A DNA stretch of 64,000 nt. Origin: an uncultured Verrucomicrobiae bacterium. GTDB lineage: Bacteria > Verrucomicrobiota > Verrucomicrobiia > Chthoniobacterales > UBA10450. Positions within the stretch are counted from its first letter, which is position 1, and every line of letters starts with the position of its first letter. Below are positions 48,616 through 58,125 of the stretch, piece by piece. A program made the position numbers and the translations under genes. The DNA lies in the NCBI GenBank assembly GCA_963772365.1, contig CAVYXA010000001.1, positions 1,733,267-1,797,266 on the forward strand, written 5' to 3'. The notes under the pieces are model-generated. The model searched no databases and was not told the origin of the DNA. It saw nothing but the letters and a program-made list of their open reading frames with translations.

Positions 48616-50631
48616 GTGCAGGCCATCGCAAAAAAGCTTCTGCTCATCGGATGGGATGCAGCGGATTGGCAGATGATTCATCCGCTGCTGGACGCGGGCC
48701 GGATGCCCAATCTAAAACTCTTGGTTGAGCACGGCGTTATGGGCAACCTGCTCACGCTTCAGCCAATGCTCTCCCCGATTCTCTGGACTTCAATCGCAAC
48801 CGGCAAACGCGCCTACCTGCACGGTGTCCACGGTTTTGTCGAACCCACACCGGACGGCACAGCTCTGCGCCCAATCGCCAGCAGCACTCGCAAATGCAAA
48901 GCGCTTTGGAATATTCTCGCGGAGTCCGGCAAACGCTGTCACGCCCTGAGCTGGTATGCCAGCCACCCTGCGGAAAACACTAACGGCGTCTATGTTTCTC
49001 AACAGTTTCCAGTCGCCCCAGCTTCCGCCACTCCCTCATCCTGGCCGCCGCAGCCAAACAGCGTTTGTCCTTGGGAAATTGCCGACTCGTTAACCGAATT
49101 GCGCATTCATCCGCGCGAAATCAATGGAGCGACGCTCTCGCAGTTTATTCCCGCTGGAGCGCAGTTGGACCAGGGCAACCTCGAAGTGCGCCGTTTGCTT
49201 GCCGGCTTTGCCCGGCGGCTGGCCGAGTGCGCGTCTCTCCACGCGGTCACAACTGCTGTGATGGAGGAAGTGTCGTGGGATTTTTGTACGGTTTATTACG
49301 AAGCAATCGATCACATCGGCCACGATTTCATGCGGTTTCATCCCCCGCGGATGGAACAAGTGAATCCCGATCTCTTTGAAGCATTCAACGGGGTCATGAA
49401 TGCCACCTACGAGCTGCACGATCAAATGCTCGGCCGATTGATCAATCTCGCCGGACCCGAGGCGCACGTGATGATCGTGTCAGATCATGGTTTTCTTAAC
49501 GGCGAACGCCGGCCCAATGGGGATGTCGATCCAGCTCAATGGCATCGCAATTTCGGAATCTTTGTCTGTGCGGGTCCTGGCGTGCGAAAAGATGAGATTA
49601 TCCAAGGCGCAACGCTGCTGGACATCGCGCCGACGGTGCTTGCCATGTTCGGCCTGCCCGTCGGGCGCGACATGGAGGGCAAGGTGCTCGTCAACGCGTT
49701 CGAGCGAATGCCGGAAATCGAGCGTATTACATCGTGGGAAACTGCATCGGCTTCTGCTCCGGTAGGGAAAACGTCGGTCTCTGAAATCCAGGATGATCCT
49801 GAGGCAGCGGCCGCCGTGCTGCGGCAATTCGTTGAGCTCGGGTATCTCGACGCACCGGATGAAGACACGCAGCGCGATATCGCCCGAGCCCGAGCCGAGC
49901 AAAAGTTCAATCTCGCCTGTAGTTTCATTGAAGGAAAAAAACCGGTACGCGCGCTGGAATTGGCGGAACAGTTGGCGGCGGAGTTTCCGCAGGAAGCGCG
50001 CTACGCTATTCTTGTTGGCCAGGCAGCTGTTTCTGCAGGTTCGGCAGAATCGCTCCAGAAAGCGTTAACTACTTTGGAACGTCTTCAACCCGATCATAAG
50101 CACGTGCTCCTTTTTCGCGGATTCCATTCCTGGTGCACGGGCAATATTGCTGGCGCACTGGAACATTTCCAAACCGCGGCACAAAAAGGGCCGCGCGATC
50201 CGTGGCTGCTTTGCAGGATCGGCCGGGCCTTCTTGCGCCTGCGGCGTTGGCCCGAGGCAGAAAAGATCTTTCGTCAATCTCTCACCCTCGATGCCGACAA
50301 TGCCGAAACCTACTACGGCCTAAGCATTGCTCTTCCGCGACAAGGTCGGTTAGAAGAGGGGCTGGAATGCGGCTTGAAAGCGATTTCGCTTCTGCACGAT
50401 TTTCCGTTGGCTCATTTTCAACTCGGCGCGATTCTGTCGCGACTCGGCTGGTACGAACGCGCTCTCCAAGCTTTCGACATCTGTCTCGCCATGCGCCCGG
50501 ATTTCGCGCTGGCTCATCGGTATGTGTCACGCATTTCCCAACAATTGGGCCGGAGAGGAGCCGCGGAAAAACACCGGGAACGGGCCCAGTTAATCCTTGA
50601 ACAGGGCTTGCCTCAGCCTGCCGTCGATTAA
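48616..50631 (+). CDS. Alkaline-phosphatase-superfamily (phosphodiesterase-like) protein with C-terminal TPRs
   Basis: IGWDAADW, WTSIATG, DHIGH, VSDHG, LGY linker, TPRs. Confidence 0.85.
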   Translation: MQAIAKKLLLIGWDAADWQMIHPLLDAGRMPNLKLLVEHGVMGNLLTLQPMLSPILWTSIATGKRAYLHGVHGFVEPTPDGTALRPIASSTRKCKALWNILAESGKRCHALSWYASHPAENTNGVYVSQQFPVAPASATPSSWPPQPNSVCPWEIADSLTELRIHPREINGATLSQFIPAGAQLDQGNLEVRRLLAGFARRLAECASLHAVTTAVMEEVSWDFCTVYYEAIDHIGHDFMRFHPPRMEQVNPDLFEAFNGVMNATYELHDQMLGRLINLAGPEAHVMIVSDHGFLNGERRPNGDVDPAQWHRNFGIFVCAGPGVRKDEIIQGATLLDIAPTVLAMFGLPVGRDMEGKVLVNAFERMPEIERITSWETASASAPVGKTSVSEIQDDPEAAAAVLRQFVELGYLDAPDEDTQRDIARARAEQKFNLACSFIEGKKPVRALELAEQLAAEFPQEARYAILVGQAAVSAGSAESLQKALTTLERLQPDHKHVLLFRGFHSWCTGNIAGALEHFQTAAQKGPRDPWLLCRIGRAFLRLRRWPEAEKIFRQSLTLDADNAETYYGLSIALPRQGRLEEGLECGLKAISLLHDFPLAHFQLGAILSRLGWYERALQAFDICLAMRPDFALAHRYVSRISQQLGRRGAAEKHRERAQLILEQGLPQPAVD

Positions 50632-50713
50632 TCCAACTGGGCGCTCAGGGGATTCGTCCTTAGCGAACAGCTTCACTTATCGGCCGGCCTCGTTGAAGGA
50701 TGCGTTTTGATTC

Positions 50714-52634
50714 CTAGACAATGCCTTCGCGCAATGCGCTGTGCTTGCCAGCTAACAACTCCTGCACGAGATTATAACCCCGCTTGTCTGCGTTCTGTGA
50801 AACGCCGGCGAAATAATTGTCGATCCTGATTCGAGCGGATCGACAGAAATAATTCGCGAGCGAAAGAATCTCGTCGGCCGGTTCGCCGCTGTCGATCTTC
50901 GATTGCGCGAACGAACAGGTCGCGCTGATTGCAAACAGTTCGGTCGCGATTCCGACGAATCGCGAAAGCAGCAATTGCTCGCGCTCGAGTTTCGGCCCGA
51001 ATCGCGCCATCGCGTGAAACAACCGGCGGGCCAGCCGTTTGCTTGTGCGCGCGGCGTAATTGAGGTGCGCCTGCAAATCAGAATGGAGATCGTCGATCTT
51101 ATCCGCGCCGCCGGGCAACCATTGGCGCGGGTACCAGCCGGCGTAAAATTTTCCAGAGCTAAACACCGCTTTGGCGCGCTCGGACATCGGCAACTGCGTA
51201 TTGAAAATCGCGCCACCAACTTTCAGATGCGGATCGAGCGCCTCGCGGGCGATGAACAGCCGCATGATTTCGCTCGAGCCCTCGAAGATCAGATTGATTC
51301 GACAATCGCGCAGGAAGCGCTCGACTGGAATTGGCTCTTCGCCGCGGCCGGCGAGTGATTGTGCGGTTTCATAACCGCGGCCGCCGCGCACCTGCATGGC
51401 ATCATCAGCGATGCGCCACGTCGTTTCCGTCGCCCACATTTTGCACATTGCCGTCTCGATCCGCAGATCACCCGCTTTGCGATCAACCAGGGCCGAAGTC
51501 AGAAATGTGATCGCTTCCATGGCGAAGACATTGCCAGCCATTTCCGCGATCTTGCCGGCAATGGCGGCATGTTTCCCAATCGGCACGCCCCATTGAATTC
51601 GTTCGCCCGCCCATTTTCGGCAGATTTCGAGGAGGCGTTTCGACAATCCGACGCACGCGGCCGGGATTGTGAGCCGGCCGGTATTCAAAGTCGTAAGTGC
51701 AACTTTCAATCCCTGGCCTTCTTTCGCGATCATGTTTTCGCGTGGGACTCGCACATTGGTGAATTTCACGATCCCGTTGTAGAGCGCGCGGAGTCCCATG
51801 AAATGGCAGCGATACGTGATCTCGAGCCCGGGCGAGCTAACATCGACAATGAACGCCGTGATTTGCTTGCGTTCCCGGCCGTTCACAATTTTGGGCGGCG
51901 TTTTGGCCATAACCACGAGCACGCCGGCCTTGATCAAATTTGTGCACCAGAGTTTCTCGCCGTTAAGGATGAACGCCGATCCGTCCTCGGTCGGGTCGGC
52001 TCGTAAACTCATGTTCGCCGGGTCGGAGCCGGCGTTCCATTCCGTTAGTGCAAACGCTGAGATTTCTTTGCGAGCTACGCGAGGCAAATATTTCTGTTTT
52101 TGTTCTTCGGTGCCAAAGAGCAACAGCGGTTGCGGCACACCGATCGATTGATGAGCGGAAACGAGCGCTGTAAGATTCGCGTCCCAACTGCCGAGCAGCA
52201 TCGCCGCCCGTCCGTAATTGACCTGGGACAAACCGAGGCCGCCGGTACTGTTTCGGAATTTTGACGCCGAAGGCGCCCATCGCGAAAAGGTCGTCAATGT
52301 TCTTTTGTGGAATTTCACCGGTCCGATCGATTTCGTCAGCATCGACATTTTCTCGGAGGTAATTTTTAAGGCTGCTGAGAAATTCCTGCCCCGTTTGTCG
52401 ATCTTCGGCGCTTTGGACCGGATAGGGGTGAATCCGCGAAAAATCGTAGCGCCCGATGAAGAGATTGCTGGCGAAACTGCCGCGATCATCCAGCGGATCG
52501 CGTGACGCTTCGGCCAGCTCGAGCGCTTCGCGCTGGCCTTTGCTCATTTTCGACGTGTCGATCACCGATGCCGCAGGTTTCGCGCTGGTTTCTTCAGAAA
52601 CCTGTTTTTGCGGAGCTTCGAGGGGCGATTTCAT
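50714..52634 (-). pseudogene. Acyl-CoA dehydrogenase (VLCAD-like) split by a 1-nt insertion (mutation or sequencing error)
   Basis: IPKQY|GGLGLSQ is joined by removing one G at 52244-52245; FALTE..AGSD, GGRGY, IFEG. Confidence 0.85.
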
Positions 52635-52705
52635 TCGGATGATTACCTTCCAGGCAGTCTCGGCAGGCAGGCTTCCACCCTGGCATACATGTAGCCGTTG
52701 AATAG

Positions 52706-52750
52706 CGACAGGCTGGCAGCCTGTCGGCCAGGACAGGCAAGATGCCTGTC
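52706..52750. repeat. Tandem palindromes (REP-like)
   Basis: CGACAGGCTG-G-CAGCCTGTCG and GACAGGCA-AGA-TGCCTGTC. Confidence 0.7.
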
Positions 52751-52760
52751 TTCCGATTCG

Positions 52761-54833
52761 CTACCGTTCATAAAAGTTCGTTCCATGTCGCGCGTGCTTT
52801 TTCAATAACTCGCACGGCGCAAACTTTTCTTCAGTTTGCGCAAGCCGCTCCATTTCTTCGACAATCTTTTTTAATCCAAAATGTTCGGCAAAACGCAATG
52901 GCCCACCGCGGAATGGCGCGAAACCGGTGCCGAGAATCATCCCGTAATCGGCATCCTCAGGCGAGGCGATCACGTCTTCTTCGAGGCAACGCGCCGCTTC
53001 ATTTACCATGAGAAAGATGAGACGATTGGGAAGACCGCCGGGGTCAACTCGCCCGCCTGCAGCTCGCCATTTCTCGATGACATCATTGGGCGATTGTTGT
53101 TTGCCCTCATATTTGTAAAAGCCGGCGCCCGTTTTGCGTCCCATCATTTTTGCTGACTGCATCTCGAGCAGGATCTTTGGGCTTTGATCACGCCGGCCAA
53201 AAGCTTTCGCCAGAGTATCGGCGATATCGACAGTGACATCGACGCCAATTTCGTCGATCAATCGCAACGGTCCCATCGGCATCCCCCATTGCAGGAGCGC
53301 TTTGTCGATCTTTTCGGCGGCGACACCTTTTTCGAAAAGCTCGGCGGCATCGAGCAAGTACGGGAACAAAACGCGATTGACCAGAAAACCTGGACTATCG
53401 CGGACGACTACCGGCAGTTTCCCAATTTGACGCGCAAGGGCGAGCGCGCGGTCGCGAGTTTCATCGGAGGTTTGTTTCCCGACTACGATTTCAACCAGCT
53501 TCATCCGACTGACCGGATTGAAAAAATGGAGACCGATGACGCGTCCGGGTTCATCGACACAACTGGCAAGCTCAGTGATGGAAAGCGCCGACGTGTTGGT
53601 CGCTAGAATTGCCTTTGGCGCTTCGCCGGAAAGCTCTCGGAAAATATCTTTCTTGATCTCGATCTTTTCGGATGCGGCCTCGATTACGATTTGGACGTCG
53701 CGCAATGGAACATGCTGCGTCGAGCAGATAATTCTGGCCCGGCCTTCCTTGGCCTTTTCGCCGCTCATGATTCCGCGCTTCACCGCGTCACCATAAATTT
53801 TCTCAATATTCGCGAGGCCACGATCGACAAATTCGCGGCTGACATCCCGCAGGACCACCGTCACTCCGCGTGAGCTGAGCCATTGGGCAATGCCCGATCC
53901 CATCACACCTGCGCCAACGACGATTGCGTGTACAATTTTCTCAGCGGGCGCCTTGGTTGCTCCCTTTTTATATTTCTCAGCCAGGAAAAAATTGCGGATC
54001 AAATTTTGAGTCGCCTCGGTCTTTCCAAGATCGACAATCGCATCGAGCTCGAGACGCAGCGATTCATCGACCGAACCCGACAGAGTCTTGTTAACCATCT
54101 CCAGCGCCCGCGCCGGAGCGAGATTACCCTCACCGCCGGCTGCGCCGCGCGCTTCTCCCTGTCCAGGGAGAGGCGGACGCGAAGGGCCTGGTGAGGGTCG
54201 CTTGCCTTCGCTTAATTTCTTCCGAGCTGCATCGAGAAGTTGATCGCGCGTTGCAATCTCGTCGATCAAACCGATCTCGAGCGCGTCTTTGGCCGAGTAT
54301 AATTTCCCTTTCGTGATCACTTCGCCCGCTTTGGCAGTGCCAATGAGTCGCGGCAAACGAGTGCAGCCGCCCCAAGCCGGGACAAGCCCCAAAGTGGTTT
54401 CCGGTAAACCAATCACCGTGGCCGGCTCGTCCGAAGCCACGCGATAATCGCAGGCGAGAGCGATTTCGTAGCCACCGCCGGCAGAAGCCCCATTGATTGC
54501 AGCAACGGTTGGGATTTTGAGTGCCGCCACTCGATTAAATATGCGCTGGCCATTGGCGATGAAATCGCGCAGCTCGCCCGTTTGCGCCTGCCGAAGAAGC
54601 GTCTGTAAGTCGGCGCCGGCAACGAAGATCGATTTTTTCGCCGAAGTGATGATCAACCCGCGCAGCGATCTGTCTTTTTCAATCGCATCGACATGTTCGT
54701 CGAGGTCGTTGAGCGTGGCCGCGTCGAAAATATTCGCCCCCGATTCAGGGCGATCGAACCTGAGGATGGCAATGCCGCTGTCGATCTCGCGCCGGATCAT
54801 GGGATTGGTGGCAACGCTGCCCATTGGATTCAT
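52761..54833 (-). CDS. fadJ: Fatty-acid oxidation multifunctional enzyme (enoyl-CoA hydratase + 3-hydroxyacyl-CoA dehydrogenase); start uncertain
   Basis: FVAGAD, GGGYE, LPE, GAGVMG, HFFNP, PGFLVNR. Confidence 0.85.
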   Translation of the reverse strand: MNPMGSVATNPMIRREIDSGIAILRFDRPESGANIFDAATLNDLDEHVDAIEKDRSLRGLIITSAKKSIFVAGADLQTLLRQAQTGELRDFIANGQRIFNRVAALKIPTVAAINGASAGGGYEIALACDYRVASDEPATVIGLPETTLGLVPAWGGCTRLPRLIGTAKAGEVITKGKLYSAKDALEIGLIDEIATRDQLLDAARKKLSEGKRPSPGPSRPPLPGQGEARGAAGGEGNLAPARALEMVNKTLSGSVDESLRLELDAIVDLGKTEATQNLIRNFFLAEKYKKGATKAPAEKIVHAIVVGAGVMGSGIAQWLSSRGVTVVLRDVSREFVDRGLANIEKIYGDAVKRGIMSGEKAKEGRARIICSTQHVPLRDVQIVIEAASEKIEIKKDIFRELSGEAPKAILATNTSALSITELASCVDEPGRVIGLHFFNPVSRMKLVEIVVGKQTSDETRDRALALARQIGKLPVVVRDSPGFLVNRVLFPYLLDAAELFEKGVAAEKIDKALLQWGMPMGPLRLIDEIGVDVTVDIADTLAKAFGRRDQSPKILLEMQSAKMMGRKTGAGFYKYEGKQQSPNDVIEKWRAAGGRVDPGGLPNRLIFLMVNEAARCLEEDVIASPEDADYGMILGTGFAPFRGGPLRFAEHFGLKKIVEEMERLAQTEEKFAPCELLKKHARHGTNFYER

Positions 54834-55003
54834 TTTGGATGGTTTCGGAGAAATTCCAAGCCGACAAAACAACAAGTTAAAACCCAAAAAGTTACAAAGT
54901 AGAGCCGCTGCCGCGTCTGCAAACGTGCGGAACGATTTAACCCTTTAACTTTTCAACTCTTATGCGCGTTGCTTTGGCAGGACCGCAATGCTAAGAACGC
55001 GAC

Positions 55004-56401
55004 ATGGTCGGCAAACTTTTACTTCCCGAGATCAAAAGCCTGATCGAAGCGCGCAACTTCGGCGCGTTGCGGGAGTTGTTTAGCGATTGGCCACCAGCGG
55101 ACGTAGCCGAAGTGATCCTCGATATGGATGAGGACGACCAGGTCATTATCTTCCGCATTCTTCCTTCGGCGCTGGCCGCCGATGTTTTCGAATATTTCGA
55201 TGTGGAAGCGCAACAGCGGTTGCTGCGGGCAATGGCCCACGAACAAGTCGTCGCCATTCTGAACGAGATGTCGCCCGACGATCGCACGGCGTTGCTGGAA
55301 GAAATGCCAAGCGTAGCTGCGCGCCAGCTCATTCAGTTGCTCACCCCAGAGGAAAGGAAGATGGCCACCTCGCTCCTCGGTTATCCCGAAGACAGCGTCG
55401 GCCGCTTAATGACGCCCGACTTTATCGCGGTGAAAGACGATTGGACCGTGCAGCAGGTCCTCGATTACGTCCGCGAACATGGTCAGGACAGCGAAACTCT
55501 CAATGTGATCTACGTCGTGGACAATCGGGGCAAGTTGATCGATGACCTCCGCATTCGCGAAATTTTGCTGCGACCGCTGACAGCGAAAGTAAGCGATATC
55601 CGAGACGAGACATTCGCCGCACTGAAAGTAAACGATTCTCAGGAAGCAGCGCTCAACGTCTTCCGCAAATACGACCGCGTAGCGCTGCCGGTTGTCGATT
55701 CCAACGGCGTGCTCGTGGGCATTGTGACGAGCGACGACATGCTCGACGTGGCGGAGGAAGAAGCGACCGAGGACATCCAGAAATTTGGCGGCGTGGAAGC
55801 ACTGGAAGAACCGTACATGCGCATTTCATTTTTTCAGATGGTGCGCAAGCGCGCTGTCTGGCTCGTTGTTTTATTCCTCGGCGAAATGCTCACCGCCACT
55901 GCAATGGCGACTTATCAGGATGAACTGGCGAGGGCATTGGTATTGGCGTTGTTTCTACCACTGATTATTTCCAGCGGCGGGAACTCCGGCTCGCAAGCAT
56001 CGACATTGATGATCCGCGCGATGGCGCTCGGCGAAGTGACGTTGCGGGACTGGTGGCGGGTCATGGCGCGCGAACTGCAAGCGGGGTGCGCGCTGGGAGG
56101 AATTCTGGGCGTGATTGGTGTGGTTCGAGTAAGCGCCTGGGCATTGATCGGTGAAAATTATTTCCATCGACAACCGTACGGTCCGCATTGGCCGCTCGTG
56201 GCAGTAACCGTTGGCATCGCGCTCGTTGGTGTTGTTTTGTGGGGAACGCTCTCCGGCTCTATGCTGCCCTTCGTATTGCGCCGGCTGGGGGCAGACCCGG
56301 CAACATCTTCGGCCCCCTTCGTAGCCACACTTGTCGATGTTACCGGCCTGGTCATCTACTTCAGCATTGCCTTACTCATCATGCGCGGAGCAATGTTGTA
56401 A
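55004..56401 (+). CDS. mgtE: Magnesium transporter MgtE
   Basis: MgtE_N, CBS pair, [19 protein letters not shown]. Confidence 0.95.
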   Translation: MVGKLLLPEIKSLIEARNFGALRELFSDWPPADVAEVILDMDEDDQVIIFRILPSALAADVFEYFDVEAQQRLLRAMAHEQVVAILNEMSPDDRTALLEEMPSVAARQLIQLLTPEERKMATSLLGYPEDSVGRLMTPDFIAVKDDWTVQQVLDYVREHGQDSETLNVIYVVDNRGKLIDDLRIREILLRPLTAKVSDIRDETFAALKVNDSQEAALNVFRKYDRVALPVVDSNGVLVGIVTSDDMLDVAEEEATEDIQKFGGVEALEEPYMRISFFQMVRKRAVWLVVLFLGEMLTATAMATYQDELARALVLALFLPLIISSGGNSGSQASTLMIRAMALGEVTLRDWWRVMARELQAGCALGGILGVIGVVRVSAWALIGENYFHRQPYGPHWPLVAVTVGIALVGVVLWGTLSGSMLPFVLRRLGADPATSSAPFVATLVDVTGLVIYFSIALLIMRGAML

Positions 56402-56408
56402 GACGAAC

Positions 56409-57047
56409 ATGATTTCGATCAGCAGACTCTTTGGACGCGACCAGAGATTTTACGATTTGCTCGAGGCGAGCGCCCAACAGGCCGACACCAGCGTACATCA
56501 TCTTGTCGATCTCCTGGCGAAGATCGACAGCGAAGATTCCTTCCGCGATCTGGAAGCGTTCGCCGAGAGCCGGCGCGAAGACAAACGCATCACGCAAAAG
56601 CTGACCGAGGAATTAAGCAAAACTTTCGTTACGCCGCTGGAACGGGAAGACATCCAGGGTTTGGCCGCAGCTCTCTACAAGATACCGAAAACCGTAGAGA
56701 AAATCGGCGAGCGAATGTTGATCTGCCCGCAGGACCTTCCCCGGATCAGTTTTGAAAGACAAGTCCAATTGCTGGATAAAGCCGCCGAAGCGGTACTGGC
56801 CATGGTGAAACAACTTCGCAAGGGAATGGATATTCGCACAGCCCGCGAGATGAACGCGAACCTCCAAACTATCGAAGGCGAGGCGGACGAGCTGGAGCTG
56901 GAATTGTTGCGCGATCTGTATCAGGGCAATTACGCGCCGAAGCACATCATCTTTTTGCGCGATCTTTACGATCTGCTGGAAAAAGTGATCGATCGCTGCC
57001 GGGACGCAGGCAACATCGTTCTTCAGGTCGTCTTGAAGTACACCTGA
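56409..57047 (+). CDS. DUF47 / Pit accessory protein
   Basis: TFVTPLEREDI, EGEAD, LEKVIDRC; upstream of pit. Confidence 0.88.
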   Translation: MISISRLFGRDQRFYDLLEASAQQADTSVHHLVDLLAKIDSEDSFRDLEAFAESRREDKRITQKLTEELSKTFVTPLEREDIQGLAAALYKIPKTVEKIGERMLICPQDLPRISFERQVQLLDKAAEAVLAMVKQLRKGMDIRTAREMNANLQTIEGEADELELELLRDLYQGNYAPKHIIFLRDLYDLLEKVIDRCRDAGNIVLQVVLKYT

Positions 57048-57072
57048 CCTTCGACACGGCGCCAAGATCGAC

Positions 57073-58107
57073 ATGTTACTCTTTCTCGTGGTCGTCATCG
57101 CGGCGCTGATTTTCGAATACAGCAACGGATTTCACGATGCGGCCAATGCCATTGCCACGGTTGTTTCCACCAAAGTTCTCACTCCGCGCCAGGCGATCGC
57201 GATGGCGGCATTTTTCAATCTCACCGGCGCGCTGTTGGGCGGCGCGGTAGCAACGACAATCGGGAAAGGTTTGGTGGACACGAACGTCGTGACCATGAGC
57301 ACGGTGCTGTGCGCCGTTTCAGCGGCATTCATTTGGAATATCGCTACGTGGTTGTGCGGTTTGCCTTCTAGCTCGAGTCACGCGCTCATCGGCGGACTTT
57401 GCGGAGCGGCACTCGCTACTGCCCGCGGAAACTGGTCGGTGATCAAATGGAGCACCGGGCTGTGGCCCAAAGTGGTTCTCCCGATGATTACCTCTCCGTT
57501 CGCAGGATTTATCTTTGGCGCGTTCCTGATGTTTCTGTTGTTTCTGTTGCTCCATCGGCTGACGCCGCATTTCATCCATCAATCTTTTGGCAAAATCCAA
57601 ATCTTGAGCGCGGCCTGGATGGCGCACAGCCATGGCACGAACGACGCCCAGAAGACGATGGGCATTATCACGCTCGCCCTCTTTACCGGCACGAAGGCTG
57701 GGCGTTTCAATCATCTTCCCGCGTGGCTCGATTTTCTCAAGACACCTGTCTTCGCGCTACCAACCTGGGTGAAAGTAATTTGCGCACTGACCATGGCGGT
57801 GGGCACAGCGGCCGGCGGCTGGCGGATCATCCGCACGTTAGGCCATCGCATGGTCAAATTGCAGCCCGTCCACGGTTTCGCCGCCGAGACCACAGCTGCG
57901 CTGATTATTCAGAGCGCGAGCTTATATGGCATTCCGCTATCCACTACACACGTGATCTCGACTTCGATCATGGGTGTCGGCGCAGTGAAACGATTCACCG
58001 GAATGAAATGGGGCGTCGTCGAACGCATTCTCTGGGCCTGGATTTTTACCTTGCCCGTGAGTGCCCTGATCGGTTACGCGCTCGAACGAATCGGACTGCT
58101 CGTTTGA
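57073..58107 (+). CDS. Inorganic phosphate transporter (PiT family)
   Basis: NGFHDAAN, PSSSSHA, HGTNDAQK, PLSTTH. Confidence 0.93.
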   Translation: MLLFLVVVIAALIFEYSNGFHDAANAIATVVSTKVLTPRQAIAMAAFFNLTGALLGGAVATTIGKGLVDTNVVTMSTVLCAVSAAFIWNIATWLCGLPSSSSHALIGGLCGAALATARGNWSVIKWSTGLWPKVVLPMITSPFAGFIFGAFLMFLLFLLLHRLTPHFIHQSFGKIQILSAAWMAHSHGTNDAQKTMGIITLALFTGTKAGRFNHLPAWLDFLKTPVFALPTWVKVICALTMAVGTAAGGWRIIRTLGHRMVKLQPVHGFAAETTAALIIQSASLYGIPLSTTHVISTSIMGVGAVKRFTGMKWGVVERILWAWIFTLPVSALIGYALERIGLLV

Positions 58108-58125
58108 GCTTTTTGGGCCGGCGCG

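Noticed and set aside
53030..53065. Possible second repeat-derived loop in fadJ (AAGGRVDPGG)
   Set aside because: Weak palindromy and no second copy found in the window
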